Shown: piece after piece, positions 47,722-57,576 of the stretch
Numbering within the stretch: position 1 is the first letter of the stretch
How the letters are laid out: each line of letters begins with the position of its first letter
From: Thermoanaerobaculales bacterium
GTDB lineage: Bacteria; Acidobacteriota; Thermoanaerobaculia; Thermoanaerobaculales; Sulfomarinibacteraceae
Length of the DNA stretch: 60,921 nt
Direction: 5' to 3'
Assembly: GCA_021107705.1 (NCBI GenBank)
Contig: JAIOSJ010000289.1
Span: forward strand, 1 to 60,921
Made by a program: the position numbers and the translations under genes
Notes under the pieces: generated by a model
Told to the model about the DNA's origin: nothing
Seen by the model: the letters and a program-made list of their open reading frames with translations, nothing else
Database searches by the model: none

Positions 47722-48579
47722 TCACTCCCCCTCCTCAGAACGGGCATGGCGGACCAGGGTCACAACCGCGGCAAGGATCGACAAAAGGAATCCCGCGGAG
47801 ATTTCAATGGCGACGATCCAGGGCGGAACCACTGGGGGATGGAGACCGAATCGAATGGCCACGTCCTCCACAGAACTGACCAGATAGAGGGTTCCGAGCA
47901 CGGAAGCAACTCCCGCACCGATACCCGGCACCGCGGCCGCAACAACGAAAGGACTGCGGATCGCACTTTCCGTAACCCCCACCAGCCTCATGATTGAAAT
48001 CTCCTCGGCGTGTCGGTACACCTCGAGGTGAATCCAGGTTGCGGCAAGGATGAAAGCCGACGCCAACAGGACCACGCTGAGCATGGTCGCCAGCCCCACG
48101 AGTGTTTTTGCGCCTCTGCCGAGCGCCCGGTGTACCGAAGACTTCGGACCGACGGCAATGACAGCGGGTCCGTCTGAGAGCGCGTCCACCTCTTCGGGGC
48201 GTGGGGCTTGAACCTCGACCAGCGGTGGAAGCTCAACCGCATTCTCTCCCTTCAGCAGATCCTCAAGGTAGGGAAACCAGATTCGGAGACGTTCAGCCAA
48301 TATTTCCTTGGGTACCTCGCTCAAGATCCAGTCGGGATGGGTTCGTCTTTGGTCCTCGAGCCACTGTTTCCGTTGAGCCTCATCCATCCGAGGATGTAGG
48401 AGGACTCGAACTACGACCTTTTCGCTCTCCAGGGTTGTCAACGGCCCCGACCAGAGCCCGAGAGAGGCGGTAAAACCAGCGAGAGAAAGGGGAACCGCCA
48501 GGGAGAGTGCAAGCACAAAACTTACTCCAGCTCGCCTTCGCAGCAAGGCCGACCCTTCTCGAAAGGCCTGCGCGATCAT
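47722..48579 (-). CDS. ftsX: cell division ABC transporter permease-like protein FtsX
   Basis: Four-TM FtsX topology with a periplasmic loop. EISIMRLVG motif. ATGA overlap with the ftsE stop. Confidence 0.85.
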   Translation of the reverse strand: MIAQAFREGSALLRRRAGVSFVLALSLAVPLSLAGFTASLGLWSGPLTTLESEKVVVRVLLHPRMDEAQRKQWLEDQRRTHPDWILSEVPKEILAERLRIWFPYLEDLLKGENAVELPPLVEVQAPRPEEVDALSDGPAVIAVGPKSSVHRALGRGAKTLVGLATMLSVVLLASAFILAATWIHLEVYRHAEEISIMRLVGVTESAIRSPFVVAAAVPGIGAGVASVLGTLYLVSSVEDVAIRFGLHPPVVPPWIVAIEISAGFLLSILAAVVTLVRHARSEEGE

Positions 48580-49244
48580 GGTGGCCAGCTCCCGTCATAT
48601 TCGATCCGACCCTGATGCAAAACGAGGGTTCGGGCCGGGAGTGCCTCGAGGAGACTGTGGTCGTGGGTTGCCACAAGAACGGTGGCCCCTTGATAATTGA
48701 TATCACACAACAAACTCAGCAATTCTCCCGCCAAGTCGGCGTCCAAGTTTCCCGTGGGTTCATCGGCAAGAATCAACCTCGGCTGGTAGGCCAAAGCCCG
48801 GGCAATCGCAACCCGCTGCTGCTCTCCGCCGGACAGAACCTCAGGCAAGGCCGATTGGCGATGGTGAAGGCCGAGACGCTTCAGAACCTGATAGGCCCGC
48901 CGGTGGGCGTCTCGACTGGTCAATCCATGAAAACGCAGGACGAAGGTGATATTTTCGAGCACTGTCTTGTGCCGTAGCAGCTTGAAATCCTGGAAGATAA
49001 CTCCGATCTTCCTCCTCAGGTGCGCCAACTTGTTCCGGGAAAGGAGATCGACCCTTTCTCCGGCGACCCAGACCTGTCCCTCGCTTGGCTGCTCATTCGC
49101 ATACAACAGCTTGAGGAGCGTGCTCTTACCCGCGCCCGAGGCACCAGTAAGAAAGATGAATTCCCCGGTCTCAACGTGGAGATCAAGTCCGCGGAGGATC
49201 CTGCGACCGTCATAGGCCTTGGTGAGGTTTCGAAGGCGTATCAT
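48576..49244 (-). CDS. ftsE: cell division ATP-binding protein FtsE
   Basis: Walker A GASGAGKST, signature LSGGEQQR, Walker B LILADEPTGNLD. Start at MIRLRNL. Confidence 0.9.
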   Translation of the reverse strand: MIRLRNLTKAYDGRRILRGLDLHVETGEFIFLTGASGAGKSTLLKLLYANEQPSEGQVWVAGERVDLLSRNKLAHLRRKIGVIFQDFKLLRHKTVLENITFVLRFHGLTSRDAHRRAYQVLKRLGLHHRQSALPEVLSGGEQQRVAIARALAYQPRLILADEPTGNLDADLAGELLSLLCDINYQGATVLVATHDHSLLEALPARTLVLHQGRIEYDGSWPP

Positions 49245-49428
49245 ATGGGAAAACAGTGTACAGAAATTCAAGGGCGCCCGCGGCGCCTCTTTGTCGATGT
49301 GATCCGGCTCAGGAGATCGTGATTCTCTGAAGGATCAAGCCATAGGAACGAATACAGCAAGCTCAAACCCACAAGATCGGTGCCTGCACCGCTTGCGATC
49401 CCGGGCCAAGAGGGTGTGGGGCATCGAG

Positions 49429-50460
49429 TCAGCGCGCGGGTTGTCGTCCTTTGAGCTGACCGCACGCCGCAGCAACATCTGCCCCCTTGGACCAGCGTAC
49501 CGTTACCACATGGCCCAGATCCCGAAGGGTTCGGGCAAAGGCGTCGACTGTTTCGGCGGAGGGTTGGTGAAGCTCAGGAAAATGGTCTGCATCTTCGTTC
49601 AGCGGTATGACATTGACCTTCGATGGAACGCCGTGAATCAACTTGGCGACGGCGCTTGCGTCGCTCACGGCGTCATTGAAATCCTTAATCAAGACATACT
49701 CGAAGGTAATCCTCCGCCCCCTTTCCAGGGGGAAGTTGCGGATTGTCCGGATGAGTTCCTCGAGAGGATACTTGCGGGTGATCGGCATGATCGCTTCACG
49801 CCGCTCCTGATCTGGAGCGTTCAGGCTAACGGCCAACTTCGGCCGGCGGGCAAGAGCGGCGAGCCACTCGATGCCGGGGATAATCCCCACCGTCGACACC
49901 GTGATCCGCTTTGGGCTCACCCTTTCATAAAGAACCGAGAGGGCTTGTTCAAGGTGAATCGTATTGAGTAGCGGCTCTCCCATCCCCATGAAGACGATAT
50001 TCACCCTTTCGGTTTCTTCCCCAAGCGCGCGGCGCAGGCGCCGGTATTGGCCGACAATCTCGCAGGCACTTAGGTTTCGTCCCGAGCCCATCGCCCCGGT
50101 AACGCAGAAGGTACAGCCGACAGCACAGCCGGCCTGGCTGGAGAGACAGAAGGTCGCCTTGGCGCCCTCCGGCATCGAGACACTCTCCACCGTGACCCCA
50201 TCTTCAAACCGGAGGAGGAACTTGGCAGATCCATCGCCGCTTTCACATATTTCCAGAATCTCGGGTTCGCGAAGAGAGAATTCCCTTTCGAGGGCCGCGC
50301 GGAGGCTCTTTGGAAGGTTGTCCATCTCATCAAATTCCTGAGCGCCCCTCTGGTGGACCCAATTGGCCACCTGGCGCCCCCGATAACCATGATCCACAAG
50401 GGGTTGAAGGAGGTCCTCGATCTCTGTTGATGTTTTTGCGATCAAATTCGTCACATTCAC
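49429..50460 (-). CDS. rlmN: 23S rRNA/tRNA adenine-C2 methyltransferase, radical SAM (RlmN)
   Basis: CLSSQAGCAVGCTFCVTG (CxxxCxxC), FMGMGEPL and the C-terminal AACGQL motif. Confidence 0.9.
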   Translation of the reverse strand: MNVTNLIAKTSTEIEDLLQPLVDHGYRGRQVANWVHQRGAQEFDEMDNLPKSLRAALEREFSLREPEILEICESGDGSAKFLLRFEDGVTVESVSMPEGAKATFCLSSQAGCAVGCTFCVTGAMGSGRNLSACEIVGQYRRLRRALGEETERVNIVFMGMGEPLLNTIHLEQALSVLYERVSPKRITVSTVGIIPGIEWLAALARRPKLAVSLNAPDQERREAIMPITRKYPLEELIRTIRNFPLERGRRITFEYVLIKDFNDAVSDASAVAKLIHGVPSKVNVIPLNEDADHFPELHQPSAETVDAFARTLRDLGHVVTVRWSKGADVAAACGQLKGRQPAR

Positions 50461-50576
50461 TCCCGATTCAACGAATCCGGGAACAATCCATCACCCGGGC
50501 TTCCCGGAAAACCCATTCGTACCCACCCATCTTCCCAAAAGCTCGCAAAATTGCAATTTTCAGGGAGAATACTCAC

Positions 50577-51563
50577 ATGACGAAGCCGCGTCTCCTGCCA
50601 ACGAGAATCGGAAGCTTGGATATATACCACCCAACGAGAATAGCGGGCGATGCCTCATCGCGACGATATTGGCGTGTCCAGCTCGAAGATTCCGGTTCTG
50701 CAGTTCTCTGTGGATATCCACCGAATCAAACCGCTACCGTTCGCAGAGACCTCGAAGTCCTTTCCTGGCTTTCGGGGCGAGACCTACCGGTGCCGAGGAT
50801 CCTCGGCTCTGAGCTGGACGCCGGATGGGTCCTCCTCCAGGACCTCGGCACCGAGGACGGGGAGGCCACTCTTCAGAAACTCCCCCCCGAGGCCCGTCTC
50901 GATATGGCACGGACCTTGATTGGGCCGCTGTTGGTCCTGGGCCACATTCCCTGCCCTCAGCTTCCACGTTGGAACCCACCCCTGGACGAATCCGGGCTTC
51001 GGTGGGAGCTCTCTGGTTTCGAGTTGTGGGTCGGTGGAAACACCCCGGAGTGCGATGCGCAACCAGAACTCGGCCTCTGGTTCGACCGCCTTGCGAAGAA
51101 AATCGGCCGACACCCGCAACGGATCTGCCACCGTGATTTTCATCTCAACAATCTCCTGATGGATCACCGGGGTCGACTGGGCGTTATCGACGTTCAGGAT
51201 GTACGGTTGGGCCCGGACACCTATGACCTTGCGTCCTTCCTGGTGGATCGGGCCATGCCGGACCTCCTCGGAGAGAACAATCAGGAAGATCTCACCGAGT
51301 TTTGGGCGACGGAGACCGGCGCCGCCCCTGGCTGGCGAAGGCGGCTCGTCGAATCCAAGCTTCAACGGAGTCTCAAAGTGGTGGCGACTTTTGTCTTCCT
51401 TTCTCGGCAGGGCGCTATTGGATACCAAAAATGGATTCCTTCGCTCGCCCGACGTACCATCCGCCTTGCCGAGGAGTTCGATGACGCCTCCGCTCTGGCA
51501 GCGATTCTGTTAAACTTGGCTTCCGCTGGAGGTTGTGATGTTCGGCACACTTGGTCTTCCTGA
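50577..51563 (+). CDS. aminoglycoside phosphotransferase (APH) family kinase, AmgK-like
   Basis: [12 protein letters not shown]-terminal motif. Catalytic [10 protein letters not shown] and IDVQD (Brenner/DFG-like). Confidence 0.75.
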   Translation: MTKPRLLPTRIGSLDIYHPTRIAGDASSRRYWRVQLEDSGSAVLCGYPPNQTATVRRDLEVLSWLSGRDLPVPRILGSELDAGWVLLQDLGTEDGEATLQKLPPEARLDMARTLIGPLLVLGHIPCPQLPRWNPPLDESGLRWELSGFELWVGGNTPECDAQPELGLWFDRLAKKIGRHPQRICHRDFHLNNLLMDHRGRLGVIDVQDVRLGPDTYDLASFLVDRAMPDLLGENNQEDLTEFWATETGAAPGWRRRLVESKLQRSLKVVATFVFLSRQGAIGYQKWIPSLARRTIRLAEEFDDASALAAILLNLASAGGCDVRHTWSS

Positions 51564-51717
51564 GCTTCTGATAATCCTGGTCATCATCGTCGTTCTCTTC
51601 GGAGTCAACAAGTTGCCTCGGCTCGGCAAGGGGCTTGGTGAAGGTATTCGTAATTTCAAGGACTCCATCAAGAGCGGCGGACAGAACGAGGATCAGGACT
51701 CCCAAAAGCCTGAGTAA
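51538..51717 (+). CDS. tatA: twin-arginine translocase subunit TatA/E
   Basis: [41 protein letters not shown] is canonical TatA. GGAGG lies upstream. Overlaps the 3' end of the kinase gene. Confidence 0.9.
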   Translation: MFGTLGLPELLIILVIIVVLFGVNKLPRLGKGLGEGIRNFKDSIKSGGQNEDQDSQKPE

Positions 51718-51764
51718 CCTACCCCGCCAACCTGAAGCGGCGCTTTCCCCCGTCAACCTACCTC

Positions 51765-51793
51765 TTGACATTAGCCCGTCTCGGCCATATCCT
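51765..51793 (+). promoter_or_regulatory. candidate sigma70 promoter of fur
   Basis: TTGACA (51765-51770), 17-nt spacer, TATCCT (51788-51793), about 40 nt before the ATG. Confidence 0.45.
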
Positions 51794-51834
51794 TGTTTGA
51801 GATATTGAAACTGAGACTGGATAAGGTGAGGTGA

Positions 51835-52299
51835 ATGAGTAAACTTGCCCAACGCGCTCAGAAGCTGTTCATTCAGTACCTTCGAGAGAACAACCTGAAA
51901 GTCACTCAGGAACGTCTCGCCCTGCTGGATGAGATCTTTGCCACCAACGAACACCTTGATGCCGATGATCTGTTGGCCTGCATGAAGACGAAGCAGCGCA
52001 AGGTTTCACGGGCCACGGTTTACCGCACCCTGGACCTCTTGGTTCAATGCGGGCTGGTTCGCAAAAGTCGCCTTGGCCGGGAGCACTACTATTACGAGAA
52101 AATGGAGCCGGGCGGGGGTCATCACCACATGGTCTGTACCGCCACCGGGCGGATTATCGAGTTCTGGGATTCGGACCTCGATGAACAGTTGCGGCGTATT
52201 TGCCAGGACCACAAATTTCGCCCATCCTTCATTTCGATCCAAATCCAGGGTCTCAGTGAAGAGGGACAGAAGGTGGAGCAGGAGACGTCGTTCTTCTGA
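51835..52299 (+). CDS. fur: Fur-family metalloregulator
   Basis: LKVTQERLALLDEIF, SRATVYRTLDLLVQCGLV, HHHMVC... Confidence 0.85.
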   Translation: MSKLAQRAQKLFIQYLRENNLKVTQERLALLDEIFATNEHLDADDLLACMKTKQRKVSRATVYRTLDLLVQCGLVRKSRLGREHYYYEKMEPGGGHHHMVCTATGRIIEFWDSDLDEQLRRICQDHKFRPSFISIQIQGLSEEGQKVEQETSFF

Positions 52300-53515
52300 A
52301 GGAAATCCTGGCGAAACGCCGTTTCCCTACCTGGATCAGAATTCCATGGGAATCGCCGGTACATAAGGTCGCTTTTGGATCCTTCACCGGCTCACCCTCA
52401 AGCTTGACTCCACCTTGAGTCATGAGTCTGCGGGCCTCGGAATTTGAGGCGGCCAGCCCAGCCTCCACCAAAACCTTTGAAACCAACGGCGCTTCCTCGT
52501 CGAAGCTGACTTCAACCTCGGGGATGTCGGAGGGCAGGTTGCGCGACGAAAAAACTCGGGCGAACTCAGCCTCCGCTTCCCGGGCGGCGCCCTCATCATG
52601 GAATTCCATCACAATCGATCGCGCAAGGCTCTTTTTCGCATTCATTGGATGCAGGCTGCCTTTTCCCACCTCTTGACGCATTCCTTCTATTTCTTCGGCC
52701 GTGCGATCCGTGAGGAGAAGCCAGTACTTCCACATCAATTCATCGGACACCGACATGACTTTTCCGAACATTTCATTCGCCCCGTCTTCAACGGCGATGG
52801 TGTTGCCAAGACTCTTCGACATCTTTTCCACGCCATCGAGACCCTCGAGCAACGGCAACGTCATCACAACCTGCGGCGCCATTCCGTGCTCCCGCATCAG
52901 ATGTCGTCCCATGAGTAAGTTGAAGAGCTGATCCGTTCCCCCAAGTTCGACGTCACAGCCCAATGACACCGAATCAAAAGCTTGTGCCAGGGGGTACAAG
53001 AACTCGTGGAGAGCGATGGGTTTCTGAGCGTCGTATCGTCGCCGGAAATCGTCCCGCTCAAGCATTTGAGCCACCGTCACCTTGGCTGCCAGCCGAATCC
53101 AGTCGGCTGAACCCAGCTCACCCAACCACCTCGAGTTGAAATCGACGACCGTGGTTTCGGGGTCGAGGAGTTTGAAAATCTGCCGTCGGTAGGTTTCGGC
53201 GTTCGCCTGAATCTCATCGGTCGTGAGCTGTGGTCGTGTGGCGTTCTTTCCGGTTGGATCCCCGATGAGACACGTGAAGTCCCCGATCAGAAATATCACG
53301 CGGTGCCCGAGTTGCTGGAAGTGACGCATCTTGCGGATGATGACCGTGTGACCGAGATGAAGGTCGGGCGCAGATGGGTCGAATCCTACCTTGACCGTCA
53401 GGGGGTTTTCATCTGCCAGAGACTTTTCGAGCTTCTTCTGCAGTTCCTCGCGCGGGATTACGTCCACACAACCCTTGGTCAGGTAATCGAGTTGCCGCTT
53501 CAGTTCGGTATTCAT
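52253..53515 (-). CDS. tyrS: tyrosyl-tRNA synthetase
   Basis: HIGH-type motif (DLHLGH), KMSKS (KMSKSLGN), C-terminal S4-like domain. GGAGGA lies upstream. Confidence 0.95.
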   Translation of the reverse strand: MNTELKRQLDYLTKGCVDVIPREELQKKLEKSLADENPLTVKVGFDPSAPDLHLGHTVIIRKMRHFQQLGHRVIFLIGDFTCLIGDPTGKNATRPQLTTDEIQANAETYRRQIFKLLDPETTVVDFNSRWLGELGSADWIRLAAKVTVAQMLERDDFRRRYDAQKPIALHEFLYPLAQAFDSVSLGCDVELGGTDQLFNLLMGRHLMREHGMAPQVVMTLPLLEGLDGVEKMSKSLGNTIAVEDGANEMFGKVMSVSDELMWKYWLLLTDRTAEEIEGMRQEVGKGSLHPMNAKKSLARSIVMEFHDEGAAREAEAEFARVFSSRNLPSDIPEVEVSFDEEAPLVSKVLVEAGLAASNSEARRLMTQGGVKLEGEPVKDPKATLCTGDSHGILIQVGKRRFARISFRRTTSPAPPSVPLH

Positions 53516-53596
53516 TCGCTTCCTCCATGGCCGCGAATTCCCCGCGATCCATTCAGACCACAGTGTACCGAACCCGGTGGAGCCGGGGACTGTCCT

Positions 53597-53783
53597 CTAG
53601 CCCGCACTTCTCACCAGTTTTCGTAGCGAGATGCTCGAGACGCCGTGCCATGCTCGGTTTTTCGTGGCTTGGCCAACGTAGGCGTACTTGACAGTCCGTT
53701 GAGGCGGGCGAGTTGCGAAAGGCACGGCAGGGTACAGTGTATCGGGTGTCGTAGTAGATCACTGGTGAGAAGTGCGGGCTAGG
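53597..53783 (+). repeat. 187-nt intergenic inverted-repeat element (copy B, best-preserved)
   Basis: CTAGCCCGCACTTCTCACCAGT (53597-53618) is the exact reverse complement of ACTGGTGAGAAGTGCGGGCTAG (53761-53782). Confidence 0.85.
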
Positions 53784-53841
53784 TCTCTGTGGTTTCTGTT
53801 GTTGCAGTTCTGCAGAAGGCTCAGCCGACAGCCACGGGGCC

Positions 53842-55863
53842 TCACTCACTCGACAGAATGACGGGGAGGGGACCGGAGGATGTCCTCTCCATCGTCTCGG
53901 TCTGGAGAATTCGGGTCAGGGTGGCGTTCACTGCCTCAAGCTCAACGGTCAGCACCGTCATTTCCGCCTTGGCCGGCTCCCGCCAGGAATCCTCACCAGC
54001 GGCCACCTGGGCACAGGCCCGAGCCCGGCCCATTACACCGCTCGCGGTACTGATGACCGACGCCGCCACCTTGCGGCGAACACCTTGAACCTCGTCTTCA
54101 GTGGTCAAAGAGAAAAGATCGGACCAGCTCTGCTCCAGCAGGGTTTCGAGCTCATCGATACTTCCCTCTCGTTCAACCAACATCACGAACACCGTACGGC
54201 CCGGGAGCAAGGGGTGGAGAATATCCACCCGCGCTCCTTCGAGCACCGTCTCCGCCCTTTGGTTAACGATCTGCGCAACCATCTCGGGAATGGGAAAACC
54301 TTCTTCGAAATAGATCGCCGCTGCGACAGCCGCTTTTCTGCCCGCGGCGGGGAGACGACGGCGGGCCTGGTCCACAAGTGACGCCGACAACCGCGGAGCG
54401 CCGGAAGATGTGCCTCCGACGCCGAATTTGCGCAGGGCTTCTACGGCTGCCTCGGCATCGGGAGTCACCGCACCGATCACAAGGTTCTCGGATGCCAGAA
54501 CCCCGGCCGGGCTGACGACTGAACTGCTGTCGAGTCCGAACACACCAGCCATCAAACGCAGCGCACGTGCTCGGGCTGTCTCACTTGAGGTCACCTCCTG
54601 ATGATCGTTCGCGACAACTTCAAGGGCCTCCTGTAATGCCTCCGTCAAGGACGCAAAGTCATCCGACGAGGTGGCCAACTCCAACCGGGGCGGATGCACC
54701 TCGACTTTGATGAACGGCGGCCTGGTCTCCTGGGTCCTGAGGGCCGCCGCGACCCTGGCCAGGATTACCGCCTCCACATCGCCCGCGAGACCCGACAGCA
54801 ATACCGGGCGCATGACCAATGCCGACAGGCTAGCGGTCGGTCGTTCGAGAACTGCGACGGCGAGATCGTTGTCGAGCCGAACTTCGAGTGGACCGGGAGC
54901 AAAACGAGGACGAAAAACCCGTGGGGGCAAGACCAGAACCGCATGGCCCGGGTGACTCGGCAACCACCCACGAGCCGCCTCCCGCACCGAAAGCACAGTA
55001 ACTCCATCGGGGCCGAACAGATGGTGCCGCACCGCATCCGCGCCGCCGCGTCTCCACAAATCCAGCAACTGCCGGGTCGCCGGTTCAACCCTCTCCAGCT
55101 CGGCCTGACGACCAATTCGTAGCCGCCGCGCCTCATTTTCAACCTCCGACCCGATCAAAGCGGGATCTCCCGCCAGGCGGGCCAGACTTAACCGCAGTTT
55201 CCGCAGAGTCACATCGGCCAGCTCCGGGTCAACAGAGGTTTCGACGTGCCCAACATCCCCAACAATCCCGCTGCGCAAACCTGGGTGCTCCACTCGAAAA
55301 TATCGCGGTAACAGATGCCACAGGACCTCGATCGCCGAGCGTTGCGCACTTTCGGGTGGCGGCAAAGGCACCTCGAGCCGCAGAGTGGAAGGCGCACCAA
55401 GGGTGCCCAGTCGGCGTTCCTGGCCGCCTTCCTCAAAGGCATTGGTCCGCCTTTCGTCAAGCGGTGACAGGAGTCGATCCCGGAGAGTCCGGCGAAGGAG
55501 GTCGATCAGGGCGGATCGTCCGACGCCTCCCACGACGACCACAACCGGCGGAGCATCGCCCTCAACAATTTCCTTTTCAAGCTCTCCCAGAAAGACGAGC
55601 TCGCTGCCCATGACACAGTGTGCCTCAAGAACTTCATTCGCCCGCGGCCAGCAGGCCGCCGACGCCTCGGCCAACGGCTCGGTCACCAGGATTACTTCGG
55701 TTCCACCCTCCAGGGTCTCCACCGCCAGGGCCTGGGCCGAGGCATCAGAGGAAAAGAAACCAAAACACAGAAAAATAAAGGCACCCATGAAAGCCCGAAA
55801 AGCTCTCGGATCAAGCTGGCCAATTATTCCCATAAGACGCATAACTCCCACGCCATCAATCAT
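53842..55863 (-). CDS. hypothetical secreted protein (about 670 aa; possibly a distant inactive M16-peptidase-like fold)
   Basis: Long coherent ORF with an N-terminal signal-like FMGAFIFLCFGFFSSDASAQA. No HxxEH motif seen, so the function call is weak. Confidence 0.6.
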   Translation of the reverse strand: MIDGVGVMRLMGIIGQLDPRAFRAFMGAFIFLCFGFFSSDASAQALAVETLEGGTEVILVTEPLAEASAACWPRANEVLEAHCVMGSELVFLGELEKEIVEGDAPPVVVVVGGVGRSALIDLLRRTLRDRLLSPLDERRTNAFEEGGQERRLGTLGAPSTLRLEVPLPPPESAQRSAIEVLWHLLPRYFRVEHPGLRSGIVGDVGHVETSVDPELADVTLRKLRLSLARLAGDPALIGSEVENEARRLRIGRQAELERVEPATRQLLDLWRRGGADAVRHHLFGPDGVTVLSVREAARGWLPSHPGHAVLVLPPRVFRPRFAPGPLEVRLDNDLAVAVLERPTASLSALVMRPVLLSGLAGDVEAVILARVAAALRTQETRPPFIKVEVHPPRLELATSSDDFASLTEALQEALEVVANDHQEVTSSETARARALRLMAGVFGLDSSSVVSPAGVLASENLVIGAVTPDAEAAVEALRKFGVGGTSSGAPRLSASLVDQARRRLPAAGRKAAVAAAIYFEEGFPIPEMVAQIVNQRAETVLEGARVDILHPLLPGRTVFVMLVEREGSIDELETLLEQSWSDLFSLTTEDEVQGVRRKVAASVISTASGVMGRARACAQVAAGEDSWREPAKAEMTVLTVELEAVNATLTRILQTETMERTSSGPLPVILSSE

Positions 55864-55890
55864 GTCGAAGCGCCATGGTAGCATGCTCCA

Positions 55891-56877
55891 ATGAGTTCGA
55901 GACCGGATGCAAACGCTCCCCAAGCCTTCCTTGTGAGCTGGATGGCGGCACTTGGGAGCATGCTTGGCGCAATTGTGTTTACCGTGATAGGCCAGGCATT
56001 TGGGGCGGCACTTGGTGGTTGTGTTTGGATTGGCGCTACCCTACCGATTCATCGACAGCCGTGGGCTCTGGTCAACCAGCCGTCGCTGGCCTTCGCGTCT
56101 CAAGCATCAGGCCTGGGTTATTGGCTTGGCGGCGTGGCGCTCTGTCTCGCGATTTCACTGCTTGCCGTCAATATTCTGCCACGCCCACGCGGCCTGGTCT
56201 GGGAACTCGCCACTATTCAAATGGCTTGGGGGGCAGCAGTCGTCGGTCTTGGTTGGATTCCTCTGATCGATCCTTGGGACGGTCATGTCTCGAAACTCCT
56301 CCGTCTCTACGGCCATTCCACGGCTTGGGTGTGGGTCTTTCCGGTTCTTGGCGCCTGGGCCGGTCTCATCGCGACCATTCGCTTGCTTGCCCTCGTACGC
56401 AGCGCTCGTCCGCGACATTCTCGCGCTGATCGCCTCGCTACCGTCATTTTTCACCAGGCTGTTCCTGTCGCGGTTTGGATCGGGGCCGGAACGATGCTCG
56501 CCGCGGTCAACGAAAGCGGAACAACCTCCGGCACTTCATCTGATCCCACCGCAATTCTCTTTCGCCTCTGGGCGCCGGCCTTCGGCGCGGCCCTGCCGGT
56601 CATCGCCGCCATATCTCTCGCTTGGTTCGCATATCCCCGACCCTGGGTCGGACGGCTCGAGGACCTGAGATCCGGCGGGTTCGTAGTCATGGCGGCCGGA
56701 GTCGCTTTGCTCCTGAGTCTCTGCCTCTTCTTTGGTCGACCCATTCCTCCCGGTTCTTGCAGCGGAGTCTTGTGGGCGCCTGCAAATTCGAGGAACAACG
56801 TACGTCCATGGATCAAGCCGATCGATTTCACCGCGGACAGGGGACTGTCGGTTCAGCCTTCGCAATCGGTGGAATAG
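55891..56877 (+). CDS. hypothetical polytopic membrane protein
   Basis: About eight hydrophobic helices, divergent from the upstream gene. No motif recognised. Confidence 0.6.
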   Translation: MSSRPDANAPQAFLVSWMAALGSMLGAIVFTVIGQAFGAALGGCVWIGATLPIHRQPWALVNQPSLAFASQASGLGYWLGGVALCLAISLLAVNILPRPRGLVWELATIQMAWGAAVVGLGWIPLIDPWDGHVSKLLRLYGHSTAWVWVFPVLGAWAGLIATIRLLALVRSARPRHSRADRLATVIFHQAVPVAVWIGAGTMLAAVNESGTTSGTSSDPTAILFRLWAPAFGAALPVIAAISLAWFAYPRPWVGRLEDLRSGGFVVMAAGVALLLSLCLFFGRPIPPGSCSGVLWAPANSRNNVRPWIKPIDFTADRGLSVQPSQSVE

Positions 56878-56955
56878 ACGGAGACATCCGAACGTTGACC
56901 GAGAGCAGGTATGGTTCCAATACCGCTCAATCACCCATGACCCAAGGAGGACTCA

Positions 56956-57549
56956 ATGTGTAATCTCGTCGCCGAAAAGGCACCAAATTTCACCGCCCAA
57001 GCCGTGATGGCCGACAACAGCATCGAAGAACTGACCCTTTCCTCGTACAAGGGAAAGTACGTGGTGCTCTTCTTCTATCCCTTAGATTTCACCTTTGTCT
57101 GCCCGTCGGAGATTATCGCCTTCGATGACAAGCTCGACGAGTTCAAGAAGCGCAATTGTGAAGTCATCGCCGTGTCCGTCGATTCTCAGTACAGTCACTG
57201 GGCGTGGAAGAACACCCCGCGCAATCAGGGTGGACTCGGGGAGGTTCGTTTCCCCATCGTTGCCGACCTCAATAAGAAAATTTCCAAAAAATACGGGGTC
57301 CTTCTCAAAAAGCCGGGCGTCGCTCTGCGTGGCCTTTTCATCCTTGACAAGGAAGGCGTGATTCACCACTCGACAATCAACAACCTGGGCCTTGGTCGAA
57401 ACGTGAACGAGGTGCTGCGCGTGGTCGATGCCCTTCAGTTCACGGAAGAGCACGGAGAAGTCTGCCCCGCCAACTGGAACCCCGGCGATGATGGCATGAA
57501 ACCGACCGCCGAAGGCGTGGCCGAGTATCTTGAAGAGCACATGAGCTGA
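56956..57549 (+). CDS. typical 2-Cys peroxiredoxin (AhpC/Tsa family)
   Basis: AAGGAGG before the ATG. FFYPLDFTFVCPSEI peroxidatic Cys motif and a resolving Cys in EHGEVCPANW. Confidence 0.9.
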   Translation: MCNLVAEKAPNFTAQAVMADNSIEELTLSSYKGKYVVLFFYPLDFTFVCPSEIIAFDDKLDEFKKRNCEVIAVSVDSQYSHWAWKNTPRNQGGLGEVRFPIVADLNKKISKKYGVLLKKPGVALRGLFILDKEGVIHHSTINNLGLGRNVNEVLRVVDALQFTEEHGEVCPANWNPGDDGMKPTAEGVAEYLEEHMS

Positions 57550-57576
57550 ATTTCTTGCCGTATACTTCGGCTCTGA

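Noticed and set aside
53516-53841. T-box or other riboswitch leader upstream of tyrS.
   Set aside because: No T-box consensus (AAnnnGGGUGGUACCGCG-like) or specifier-loop/antiterminator arrangement was found on the minus strand. The structured segment is instead a member of the dispersed repeat family, which also occurs next to unrelated genes.
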